Shown: positions 50,311 to 62,845 of the stretch, piece by piece | How the letters are laid out: each line of letters opens with the position of its first letter | How positions within the stretch are numbered: position 1 is the stretch's first letter | Assembly (NCBI RefSeq): GCF_001194135.2 | Contig: NC_068984.1 | Span: 27,788,486-27,852,485, forward strand | DNA length: 64,000 nucleotides | Source: Octopus bimaculoides | Taxonomy: Eukaryota | Direction of reading: 5' to 3' | Position numbers and translations under genes: made by a program | Notes under the pieces: generated by a model | Databases searched by the model: none | What the model saw: only the letters and a program-made list of their open reading frames with translations | Told to the model about the DNA's origin: nothing

Positions 50311-50404
50311 TTAATTAATGGAGCTCAAGGCTATTGTTTTGACTTGGCGTTACAAACCGTTGATGAGTGAAGCTGATGAATAGTTTTAAGATTAATAAGC
50401 GAAT

Positions 50405-50553
50405 ATTTACATAATTTACATTTGACGGATATATGTCCTCATCTTGGTTGTTGCTAACACAAGGTTTCGGCTGATATACCCTCCAGCCTCCATTAGTTGT
50501 CTTGGGGAAATTTCGAACCTGGGTTCTCGTTCCTAAGGTATTTTTCGATGTTG

Positions 50554-50633
<80 letters not shown>

Positions 50634-50706
50634 CACTTAACCAGGTTAAGTGGATAAGAGCGCGGGCTACTAACCCCAAGATTCCGAGTTTGGTTCCAAG
50701 CAGTGA

Positions 50707-50760
<54 letters not shown>

Positions 50761-50870
50761 CAACATCGAAAAATCCTTAGGAATGAGAACGTAGGTTCGA
50801 AATTTTCCCAAGACGTCTGATGAGGACAAATATCCATCAAATGTAAATAATGTAAATAATATACATAATT
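50405..50870. mobile_element. Foldback of a tRNA-headed element with hammerhead-bearing Penelope-like tail
   Basis: Inverted arms 50405-50630 and 50710-50870 with (TAT)n/(AAT)n; central tRNA-like segment at 50640-50710. Decayed hammerhead at 50456-50501 (minus strand) and a CTGATGA remnant at 50817. Confidence 0.75.
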
Positions 50871-52279
50871 CCTTATCTCTTAAATATAGAACTGTAGGTG
50901 AAAATTTGTCTGAAAATATGGATTAAAAGAATATTCCAGAGGATATCAGTTTTGTAGACGATGCAATGGGTGTAGTATTTGAAGATAATCCACTATCTAT
51001 CATCTCTATTTGAGTGTCTACGCGTCTACTTGATGCTTTCCGAACAAACATTTTAAAAAGCAGCTTGGTTTGCAAGAAGCTATGCCCATCTCTTGCTCAT
51101 GCATAACATTGTTTTTATAGTTTCTATGGCTGGGTGAACTTCATACTACCATCTACTTTATAAGTTATACTGGGTGCATTTTATAATGAAACTAGCACTC
51201 AAGAGATAATCTTGTTTCCAGCAGAACTACATAATCCTCTTTTATATTATTGTGTGTATATGTGTGCGAATATGTTTACGAGAGTGTTTATGCATGTATA
51301 TTTGTTAAGATATGTGCGTGTATGAACAAATATATATGCAATTACAACGTGTAAGCATGCATCAATGCTCTGAATGTTATGCTTGTGCGTGTATGCGAGC
51401 AGATGGATTTGATTGTTTGATTTTTTAATTTATTTTCTTATTTATCCAAATAATTTTTTACTCAATCTGTCAAAATAAAAAGAGAAAAAATAGTAAATAG
51501 CTCCAAACAATTTGATAAACATAAAAAGTTTTTTAAAAGGCAACAAAAAGAAGAAATAAACAAGATGTCTGCTAAAACATTAATTGTTCCTACATTTTAA
51601 TTGTATTTCTCCTTCCCCACCAAAAAAATCTGTTAACCCTATAAACATGCTAATTTTGATAGTTATTGCTTTGTAATGCATAACTATCTTTTAATAGCAG
51701 TTTTAGTTTTAAGTTTACAAATACTAATAACACTTATATACATATAAAAATAGAGCGTCAAAGAAAATTCATATATTCAATTCTATATACTTACATATAT
51801 ATGTGTGTCTGTGTGTGCAATTCATAAATCTACAAAGAAACAGAGAAACAGACAAACAGAGGGAGAGATGGAATGAGAGAAACTGCAACATTGATTTGTG
51901 TGCCATCTTCAATTTCTTCATTTCTTGCCTGACATATCCAACAAAAAGAAATAATATTTGAATAAATGGTTGGTGGTCACAGTTTTCATAAGTGACTAAA
52001 TGACTGAGCTGCTTTTGTTTTTTGTCATTTTGTCCTTTACTATCTCTCAAGAAGTAAGATTCACTCACTTTTCTTCCAGGGGTCATCATTTTCTCCTGAT
52101 CCTTCGATTGCATCAAAGTTTCTTCATACCAATACATTTAACTGCTTTTAATACTAGTTTTCTGTCTACAAGGTAGGCAATCACTTTCCTTAGGTTGTTA
52201 ATGACTTCAGTGTTTCGACTTGTATTTCATAAACTATTTCGTCTACTTCTTTGGCTTCTCTTTCGCTGCCTTTTTGTCC

Positions 52280-53290
52280 ATGTGTTTTAAATTAGGAGTA
52301 GTACTCTGGATTCTGTTTTGTATTTCATCCAGAATTTTCTCCAGCAGCTGCATTTTACACACTTCGACGTTGTCAGCACGTATTCCTGTTGATAGCTTAT
52401 TCTCAGTGTTGTCAGGTTTGCATGTCTTCTATTGCAGTTCCTGATAATTAGATTATCAAGTAAGAACTGATCCTTCGATCCCCGGCTCCTTTTTCGGCAC
52501 ACTTTCTGTCCAGTGGGTAGCGGCCCACTTCTTTTCAAGTATCTCTACAGTTCACCGGCCAAAGCACCTGACAATAGTTTCCATGACGGCCACGTTCATG
52601 CTATTTATTATTGTTTTATTATCAATTTTAATTTTTGGGAGATACGATCGGTGGTCCATACTGAGATCTGTGGCTTTCAATTCTTTGATTATACTAATTT
52701 TTAGAGTATCATAATCTTTAGTTTCATCTTCACTGTTTCCATGTTTTATAATTGTTTCGCATTCACCCCCACTCCCCTACCTCCGTTCATTTTTTTTATC
52801 TGTGGTGTTCTGGTTTGGTGCATTTTACTCATCATTATACATTCCTACGGTCTAGGCTTGTTGTCTTTCGTCGTTTACTTCGTTTTTGTTGGACATGTAA
52901 CGGTTGTCTTCGTATTTTACAGTCCCAGTGCTTATGATGTTATTTGGCACTGTTGTGTGGATACTATCTACATTTTCCTAATGTATTTTTCCTTTTAAGT
53001 GTTCAATTTCTATTTCTGATATTTTTTGTTTTGAGAATATATCTCATTATGTTAGCTAGTTTATTAGGGTTCATTGTTTTATCCAAATCTTTATCTAGGT
53101 TTTTTTTCCAGATTATATATATGTTGTGTTTTCGGTCTGTGGGTAGAACACTGCTGTAAAATAAGCGTATAGGATTTGAATATATTCCCCACGTGTCCAT
53201 TTATGCTTTTTTGATTTTATTTGCGGGACATGGGGAATAACACCCGGCCCTTTATTTTGATGGTCATCATTTCCGTAGGGTATTATCATC
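52280..53290 (-). mobile_element. R4/Dong-like non-LTR retrotransposon relic (N-terminus and start of RT)
   Basis: KWTRGEYIQILYAYFTA..YIIWKKN..MNPNKLANIMRYILK and PTGQKVCRKRSRGSKDQFLLDNLIIRNCNRRHANL, matching EQKGCR..SRG.KDQLLIDK.I..NC.RR.TNL. Confidence 0.72.
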
Positions 53291-53679
53291 ATCATCATTA
53301 CCATCATCATCATCATCATTATAATTATTGTACAGTTAAACATGAATTTAAATCAAAAGATTTTCGGCCTACTTTTTCTTTAACAGTTCAAAAGCTCCGT
53401 ATATTAATGTAAGACATTCTCGATTGGATATGAGATAAAAAAATTGTCGACTTTTATTATATTCATTATATATATTGCTTCCGGTATAAATTAATATTAC
53501 TAAGAAATTTTCTACAAACAACTTTCAGATGGCGTAGATAATGATGAAAGACATATTTTATTGCCATCACAGTGTTTACCGTTTTACAAAATCAAACGAG
53601 AAAACTGGACAAAACAGAAAAGGAAAAAAGAAAAAAAAAGAGAAAAAGAAATGAAGAGGAAAAAGGAAAAATAAACAAT

Positions 53680-54075
53680 TCAGCACGGCTATTGAGACAT
53701 GCCAGCACGCTTGTAGCGTTGCCGCGGGTGATGGCGAGGCTGATGCGCTGGAACATCCAAGCGCCCTCACCAGCTTCGCCAATTACCTCTGCAAGGGGAG
53801 TTGCCAGTGAAGACAGAAATCTCACAGTTAGTGGTCCGATCCCACCAAATATCTCGAACGCCACAGGATGGAAAATGTAGTTGGCCTACAGATTGTGGTA
53901 TTTCAGGATTTTGTTCCGCTCGGCCGCAAAAGCTGTGGATCTCGCCCTGACCGCAGCATCCAGGATATGAGAAGAAGCAAAGGAGTCGCTAACTGTGACA
54001 TCCTAGACAAGGCATCTGCCTTGCGACCAGGAGCACAGGGTAAGGCCGTCCAGCAATTTGCAGATGGCAATTCAA
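53680..54075 (-). mobile_element. CRE-like non-LTR retrotransposon restriction-like endonuclease C-terminus
   Basis: DGLTLCSWSQGRCLV*DVTVSDSFASSH..AERNKILKYHNL*ANYIFHPVAFEIFGGIG..FQRISLAITRGNATSVL; one frame with two TAG stops. Confidence 0.85.
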
Positions 54076-54794
54076 CTCGGTATATCCTCAGACAAAATTT
54101 TGATCTAACCTCTGACAGAGAATTCATAATTATTTTTATGTTGATTAAATATTTAAATATCTTCAGAAATGAAAAAAAAATTAATATTTACAGTGGTACT
54201 GCTAAAGACATGGTAAAAGTCAGTTAAATTATAATCGTCTATTCTTATGTTGTTTAACAAAACGTCGTTCATGATCGACCAAGGTGTGACTTCAAAAGAT
54301 TTAGACCCATGACAACTCTTTTAAGGGATATCAAGGATTATCTTATTTAATGTGTCCTTCTGGATAATTCAAATTCTAAGAAAGGTCTGATAATTATTTC
54401 TATCAGGTCAATGGATAGTGATCCCCTTGTTGATTTTAGACAAATGATTTCAATATTTAGTTACGAATCTTTAGTTCAGCTCACACCGATGTCAACGGTG
54501 TCTTTCGTCTTTCTAATAAAATACGAGTCAAGTATAGGGTTCGGTTAAATTAATTAACACTTTCGATCAAATTTCTAGCATTGTACCTATGTTTAAAATT
54601 ATTGTGTTGTATTGGCAAGCTTATAGAATAAGCAATAAAACTCCACATGGGCTTTAGTTTATCTTTGTATGTTATAATTTAAAATATTTTTTTATTAAAA
54701 GGTTGACATTGTTCATCATTTTAGTGTCGATAAAATTAAGTACCGTGCAACAACTGGAGTTAATTCAATCGACAAACTCCGCCTTAACCATGTG

Positions 54795-55138
54795 TTAAGT
54801 TGATCCGCTCAACGGAACAGCCTGCTCGTGAAATTAACGTGCAAGTGGCTGAACACTCCACACACACGTGTACCCTTAACGTAGTTTTCGGGGATATTCA
54901 GCGTGACACATTGTGACAAAGCTGACTCTTTGAATTACAGGAACAACAAAAACAGGAAGTAAGAGTGAGAGAAAGTTGTGGTGGAAGAGTACAGCAGGGT
55001 TCCCCACCATCCCCCAGCCTCGTGGAGCTTTAGGTGTTTTCGCTCAATAAACACTCACAACGCCCGGCCGGGGAATCGAAACCGCGATCCTATGACCGCG
55101 AGTCCGCTGCCCTAACCACTGGGCCATTGCGCCTCCAC
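54795..55138 (-). mobile_element. tRNA-derived SINE
   Basis: rc head gtggaggcgcaatggcccagtggttagggcagcggactcgcgg..ggtttcgattcc, as at 43023; body is a different subfamily. Confidence 0.88.
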
Positions 55139-55942
55139 NNNNNNNNNNNNNNNNNNNNNNNNNNNNNNNNNNNNNNNNNNNNNNNNNNNNNNNNNNNNNN
55201 NNNNNNNNNNNNNNNNNNNNNNNNNNNNNNNNNNNNNNNNNNNNTCACAGATAATCTCACTTGTTGATTATTTGCTACACTGTATGTGTAGCAAATAAAT
55301 ATTTTCATTTTTCTTTTTAATTTTCAAAATCAGCTTTCCTTTTTAGCAAAAACAAAATGGAAGTACGCAAACATATATGTATCTAAAAAAAAAGAAACAA
55401 AAAGAAATCAATTAGAAAAGCGAACTGTTGTAAGACTCCATTTGAACTGTCAGACTTGCAGACACTGGGAAGACCGCTACTAGCTTTAGGAAATCTCAGT
55501 TGGTTCCTCCAAACATTTTTCACACTATTTTGACCAGAGATCTATCTATAGCTGTATTAGTGTTTACCCAATTAAAACTTTTCGGTGTTGAGGTTACATA
55601 GCACTGCGTGTTTTATTATTGATAGTTTCAAATGCCTTTTGGAAGTTCAAATTCAGTGAGATGAAAATGAAAATATCAACCAATCGTATATTGCTTCTGA
55701 GAAACTTTGAAGTCAAAATTTTGCTCTGTCATCAATTTTTAAACCTTGTTTATGAATTTACTTTATCTTTGTACAACTACTGATTTTTAATATTCTTATG
55801 CTTACGCGCACGCACACACACACACACACATATACAGATATAGATATACATATATATGCGCACACATATATACATTGTACATAAATTCACCAGTACTGCT
55901 ATAAATACATACATATGTATGTGTGTGTATATGTGTATTATG

Positions 55943-56003
<61 letters not shown>

Positions 56004-56349
56004 GATTGACCAGTGACCGGTCTGTCAAAATGCTAGAAGAAGCTCACTTAAAAAATTCTCTTATTTTGAAAGTGTTGATTTTGAAACTATAGTCTGCAGA
56101 TAATCGAAGTATGTACAATTTTCACTGGTCTAGCCCGCCTGTTTTTGCTCCGCTGAATCCGTATTTGAGAATTTTTTTAAGTGACCNNNNNNNNNNNNNN
56201 NNNNNNNNNNNNNNNNNNNNNNNNNNNNNNNNNNNNNNNNNNNNNNNNNNNNNNNNNNNNNNNNNNNNNNNNNNNNNNNNNNNNNNNNNNNNNNNNNNNT
56301 CCTGGTATTAAATTGATATGAATTAATATCGAATTTTTACCATATTATG

Positions 56350-56396
<47 letters not shown>

Positions 56397-57144
56397 AGTG
56401 AGTAGACAAACGACAGAAGGCACTCAACACAATTGCCGAAGACTAACCACACGTTTGAAACTCAGAGTACCAAGGAGTCTGAATCAAACTGTTTTGATCT
56501 ATCTCGCTATCAATCTATCTCTCTATTCACATGTTCTAGTTGGTCAATAAAAAGGAACAGAGAACTTTATACTTGTAAATTGTATTATTTGTTTATTCAA
56601 ATTGAATTATTTGTTTCGTGATTTGAGTTTTATACCATCACAATCTTCAAGTGCGAAAATGCATAACATACTGGCATATACCTCATTATATCTTTATTCT
56701 ATATATTTTTTTAATTCAAATAGTTGTCAACAGTTGTACCAGGTAACTTTATCAGAGAGCCATAGTGAAATGTGCGCTATTAAAGACATGTTTGTCAGGG
56801 ATTTCTAATACTCTAAAATTGGCTTTTGGAGGCTTAGATACTCTATAATGATATTTCTAGATATTTTCCCTTATTAATTTACACTTTCATCACTAAATGC
56901 TAATCAAATAATGATATAAATCTAGTAATAATTCGAAAAGTATGCGCTGAAAATGGTAATGGGATATTAAGTTAGTATTACGAGAAAAATAAAAATATAA
57001 ACAAAATCTATGAACGAAAGTGGACAGTCAATATAATCATGCAGTGAAGAAAGCGGAGAAGTAATTTCAGCGTTTCGGACAATCATTATTTGTCAAGAAA
57101 ATACAGCTGGCGGAGAACCCCTTCCTCCCTCGGAAAGAACGCTA

Positions 57145-57280
57145 AGTCCACCGAGATCGACTTTGTCTTTCATTCTTTCGGGGTCGATAAATTAAGTACC
57201 AGTTGCGTAGTGGGGTCGATCTAATCGACTGGTCCCCTTCCCCAAATTTCGGGCCTTGTGCCTAGAGTAGAAAAAGAAAA
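57145..57280 (+). mobile_element. 5'-truncated SINE (family of 49111-49325)
   Basis: ccgagatcgactttgtctttcattctttcggggtcgataaattaagtaccagttgcg...gcctagagtagaaaaag. Confidence 0.85.
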
Positions 57281-60200
57281 GAACCGTAAGTGAAAAATTA
57301 TAATAATGATAGTGGGGCATGGAAATGGGTAGAGCGGAAGTGTGTAAAATGGGGGCTGCAAATACTGTAAAGGAAATCAGATAAGTGAAGTAAAAGTAGA
57401 AATATGAAGTGAAATGTGTGTAAGCATTTCATGTGTGTCTGTTTGTGAACGAGTAATAACATTTAATTGAAATGAAACGCTGAATATTCTTGTTAATGTT
57501 TTGTACTGCCAGCATTATAAGAATTAAAAATATTTTGCTATGGCTGTGTATGAAATTAAAACAGAATTATCAAGCTATATACAGTAATACATCAAGTTTA
57601 GCGTTGTCTTAAATAAGCATTTCGCCCACTTTAGCAATTTCTTGAATAGTGTAAAATTAATAACTATTTTTTAGAAAAGTCGACCGATAAACTTGGCTCA
57701 TCTTTACATGACAATACGAAAAGGAAATCTAGAACTACTTGTGATCAGGGAGCCCAGAATCTTGAACCTTAAGTTATCTGATGTACTTCCTATATATTTC
57801 ATTCATATAATTTTATAAATGCAGCTTTCAAAATTTATATGATGTTAATAATCTAGGCACATGATTTACGTTTGTTTTATTGCCAATTTCAAAATGAGCT
57901 TTTGAGGGGGTTCAAGTTGAATGGCATAGCAAACATATTTTGGGGGGAGATGAACCCTTTATTTTCTTCGATATGGTATGTAAATTTAATGTTTTTACAA
58001 ATATGAAACGTTACACTGTTTGTGTTAGGATTTGAACTGAAGATTAATCAACTAAAATATTGTTAAGAAGGCATGATATTGATTCTGGTGCTTTCAAACT
58101 TTGTAGGAATGTCTCCCCAGTCTTTGTAAAAGAAACAGTGAAAAGTTTATTTCTTTACATAGTTTTGCAAGTAAAGATTTATTGTCATAGTAGAGAAGTA
58201 GTAGAACTGGCCATTTTACATAAGATTATATTTGTGAGATGCATAAAACTGTCCAGCAAAATATATGGGTAGACGGTTCTCCTACAAAATCTTGAGACTC
58301 TGTATAGCCTTGACACAACACAACTCAAACACAGATCCGCATTTTGTGGATAAAATGAAACGCCTTATGAGTATTGCTCAATATTTGTCAAGATTCCATT
58401 TAGTATGCTTTATGAATATAAACTAGAATCATCCCAGAACTCTAAACATCTTGCAAGATTTATTTAAATATGCAAGATACATGACAGCATTGAAAAATTT
58501 TCTAGTTACAATCTACATTTCTTTTAATGTATATTTTTACTACTCTAGCTATATGTAATATTCGCGAGGACTCCAGCAATCTCTATAGCTGTACAGAGGT
58601 ATGGTAACATTATGTATATCAAACAATAGATTCACTGTTAGGTAACTTGAAAGAATAAATTCTAGCATAGAATTGGGTATAGAGAAACGAAATGATGAGA
58701 AATTTATAAATATGAAACAGGAAAGTAAGAAAACCTCTTAATCACACTACAGTGAGTGTTCGTTAGAATAGATAGCACAAATGCACTTATAGTATAGAAA
58801 TGATTTATCACTACTGGAAATGTTAAAGTTGCAACCCTATATTTCGATATGTAGGCATTATATCAACATCTTCCATATAATTCCATCAGCAACGACATTA
58901 GTATCTTTATTATTTACATTATTCTTTTCACTCATCACTACTGTGCTTTGGATCCATTCCTTTATATCTTATGGCTCTCATATCAGGATAAATCTTCTAA
59001 AATGAAATTGAATACCATATTCTTAGTGTTCTTTTGTTCTTGAATGAAACTCTGTGCATCCTCTTTTAATCATCACATGATATTCTCCATAGTATGAGTT
59101 AATGATATGCATTAAGTGTTACATTTTACGTTTTTTTTTTTTTCTTTCATAATTTGACACATCCAATCTTCCCTGCCGAAAAATGATACTTTTAAACTGA
59201 CTCACTTCGAAGAGGGGGAACTAAATTTGTATACAAAACCATACATGGTAAGCGCATAACTTGTTATTTTATTCGATAGTTGTTCGTAGTATTATTTACG
59301 CAAACGAAGAGAGGCGGTACTTTACAATTATTTAAAGACCGCCTAGATTTGCCAATTCGATTTGATTAATGTTCAGCTTGAACTTCTGGAATCTAATACA
59401 TATAAATAAAACATAGTCAGGGAGAGACTTCCATACAGATGCATGTCTGGTGAAAAATAATTAAGCAAAGTGTTTAGCACCGGTTGCGTGAGCTGTAACA
59501 TCTGACAAGTAGTAAGAAAAACTGAGAGAAAAAGAAAAGGAATTATCAAGTGGGTTTGGGTAAAAGTGTCATGCGACTTCAGACGAGAAGAAACTGTTTT
59601 AGTCATGATAGAAAATAAAAACAAAAGAAAATGAATACAATTTCTTTGTATGTTTGTAAGTGTATTTTAATCAGTTCAATATCTGACCATTTAATATGCG
59701 TTCTTGATCCACTCATCATTCCTCTTTTATTTTAAGGATGTTTACCGTTAATAGTAAACAATAATCAATATGAAACTTTGTAAGGAATCTGAGGGTATTT
59801 AATTCTATGTTGTTAATAGGTGAGTTTAGTGCAGGACTGCTTCATTGCTATAGTCATCTTAATATGTGTTAATGTTTATGAAAAATTCTGAGTATTTTTG
59901 TCTTGGGCATGACGTAAGATGACTTGCTTGCGTGTGTATTACTCCTATATCTGCAAAGATAGATAAGTTTGATATTGTTAGTCTCTCGAAATAAAGAGAA
60001 AGAGTTTATAAGACATGACAGAATTAAAAAAACTATTCCATAATAGAGATATGGCTAGAGTCTGTTAGGAAACCTTTGATTCAAAAAATAAGAAACAGGT
60101 GTAGACTTTTACCTGACGTACTTAGTGGGAGATTCTTCTGTCAGACACAATCGAAAGATTTGCTGATGTTAAAGGTAAAACATTACTTTCACCCAAGTTT

Positions 60201-61564
60201 TCAAAAATAAAAAATCCTCATTACAGATTTGGCTGTTACTGTTAAGCCCCTGTTCTGTGTTCATTGACAAAATCTATTATCAAAGGCATTCCAGCCGTTA
60301 CTATTCCACACTTTATTAAGTACAACATTTGCCGTGACTAGTTTCCCTTTTAAGATGGTACTGTCGGAATCGACGAATAATTGGTTGCTGTTTCTAGCAT
60401 TTCAAACGACTGCATGGAGAAGCGTTCCCACGTTGGTCTGTGTTTCTCATACCTGACCGAGCACACCTGTAATAAGAAGTGCTCCAGCCGAGAGCCTGTT
60501 TTTTAATGGTAGTAAGACTATATTTTCATTGTCCAATATGCTTTTCTTTACATTATGCAACAAGGTGTATCTTCAAGAAATTTGGTTGTTGTTTCTAGCA
60601 TGTTAAGCGAGATAATTTTAATAAGACAGAAAATTTAGGAAAATAAAGAAAATATAGGAATGTGAATGCATGTCTTTAAGCTAATTGGTGTTTCAGTGTC
60701 ATCTGATCAATCGGTTGATGGTCAATTCAAAGCCAGTATCCAAGTCAAAATGCTGCCTGGTTATTCATCGTTAGTAAAACAAAATATTGAATTGTCGTTA
60801 AGAAACACAAACTTTCTGGTTTTGTAGATAATAAGATGTGGTAAATAATGAAAACTGGAACGTAATATCGAACACCGCCCCACACTTAAACATATTCTTA
60901 ATTTCGTAAATTTTGTTTCCGGTTACTTTCCTTTGTTTTACTGAACACACACACACACAAATTGTTATATATATAATAAACTGAAACTATTTTTTTTTTA
61001 TTTCAAACATCTTATTCTAAAATTAATCAAAAACACAAAAAAATAGCTATAGAAATCTAAAATAAATCGCACACACAAATTGAGGTATATTGAATTTCAG
61101 ATTATGAGCAAACTATTTTCAAGAAATTTTTCTGTGTAAAATCGCAAATTTCTGTCACATTTCTATTGTGCTTATTGTATTTCTTTTGACGTGCTTTTTT
61201 CCCTGGATAAATTATTGCGGGTAGGTTGTGATCAACATATAAGCCATAACGGGACTAAATAATTGTTGATATATGAGTTATTGTCATTGAAATCTAATCT
61301 GTATCGCTGGTATATATTTTACTTTACAAATGAATTTATATACGTAATGTATTAAACAAAACCAGCTCAAAACATTCCGAGAACCACTCGCAGCAATTCT
61401 ACAGATATTCGTCTCTTTGTGTTGAGAAACAATTGCTATTTTACCAATGCACTTTAAACTGAAACCAACATGAACATTATAAACTGAAATAGGAATAAGA
61501 ATGAAATAACCTGATGACATTGCAACGCATTGACAGGCAAAGAACTGACCGACGATAAATTATC

Positions 61565-61604
61565 CTAGCGGTGTTTCGGTCTTATTAGACTTTATCAGTG
61601 AAGC
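61565..61604 (-). ncRNA. Decayed hammerhead-like motif
   Basis: CTGATAA-A-GTC-TAATAA-GAC-C-GAA-ACAC: G8A change; stems I and III poor. Confidence 0.3.
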
Positions 61605-62589
61605 TTATTCTATCCAGAGAATGAGACTAAGCATGATCAATATACGTGTGTGTGTTTGTGTGTGTACGCGTGTGTGCGTGCGTGTATGTGAAAATGGGTG
61701 CGTGCATATGTATATGTATACAAAGAGAGAGAGAGAGGGGGGATAAAAAAGTAAATAGAGAGAATATTATGACACAGATTACTTTATTTGTGTTATTATT
61801 TCTTTTATCTCACTTTATATTTAACAACAAATCTGAGATTTCGCTGTTGTTTTAATTATTATTATATTTCCAAACTTCATTAGTTTTTATTTCATTTTCA
61901 CTTCTTTTCTTTACTTATACTTTTGTTTAATCAATGCAGAAATAAATTTGAAAATGAAATTAGAAAACTAAATTGAAGTACCACCTTTCTGGAAAGAAAA
62001 CACATTCGCACATACAGACACACACACGTAAACTTACACTGGTATGCATACACAAAAACAAAATGGCAAGTGAAACGAAAATGAAACTACTGAGATGAAA
62101 TTTCAACTCTTCATATGTCAAAACAGATGGAAACATGATTGATGCATTTACACGTTTTTTCTCTCTCTGACGGTTTACAATAGAATAAAAAATGATTTCA
62201 TGTTAAAATAGAATTCTAAAATGTTTTCTTAGAATATCATATCATATTCTTTATTTCCTATTATGTTTAATCTTCGTAAGTTTTGTGGCTTCTAAAGCTA
62301 CAAAAGCTAATAATAATGATAATAATAATAAACAAAGAAAAATATTGCTTTTTAACAACTTTTGTTATCAGCTAACCAAATTAACAAATTCCAGTTTCAA
62401 ATTCATTTACAGAAGCAATCCTGTCTATTATATTCTTTACCAGTTACTCACAGTTTTTTTAATGATTGAAATCAATTTTCTGCGAGTTCCTAAATGAAAC
62501 AGAATATTGGAACATATCGATAAAACATAATTTATTTGGTTTTTCACTCCTTTTTTTCTCTATCGTTCAAGTGCCCTCTCTTTCTGTAC

Positions 62590-62627
<38 letters not shown>

Positions 62628-62691
62628 NNNNNNNNNNNNNNNNNNNNNNNNNNNNNNNNNNNNNNNNNNNNNNNNNNNNNNNNNNNNNNNN

Positions 62692-62726
<35 letters not shown>

Positions 62727-62797
62727 CAAAAAAAGATAATGAAGCCAAGACTGTGAGGAGTTTTCAGGACATTTATAAGGAAAGAGATATAGGTATA

Positions 62798-62845
62798 GTC
62801 TTACAGCTGTTTCTGGGATATTATGGATATCCCTTCATCAGAGAC
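62798..62845 (-). ncRNA. Near-intact minimal type-I hammerhead ribozyme motif, GUA triplet
   Basis: GTCT-CTGATGA-A-GGGATAT-CCATA-ATATCCC-A-GAA-ACAGCTGT-A-AGAC: complete core, 7 bp stem II, palindromic stem III, 4 bp stem I. Probably within a Penelope-like terminal repeat (~62740-63400). Confidence 0.8.

Noticed and set aside
59312-59350. Hairpin followed by CTAG as a Helitron 3' end
   Set aside because: The CTAG overlaps the stem, the next base is A rather than T, and no 5' TC end or Rep/Hel remnant is identifiable.
126-62756. Numerous ORFs rich in YI, CV, HT, poly-L/T/M or X
   Set aside because: They are translations of (TA)n, (GT)n, (CA)n and trinucleotide microsatellites or N-gaps, not genes.
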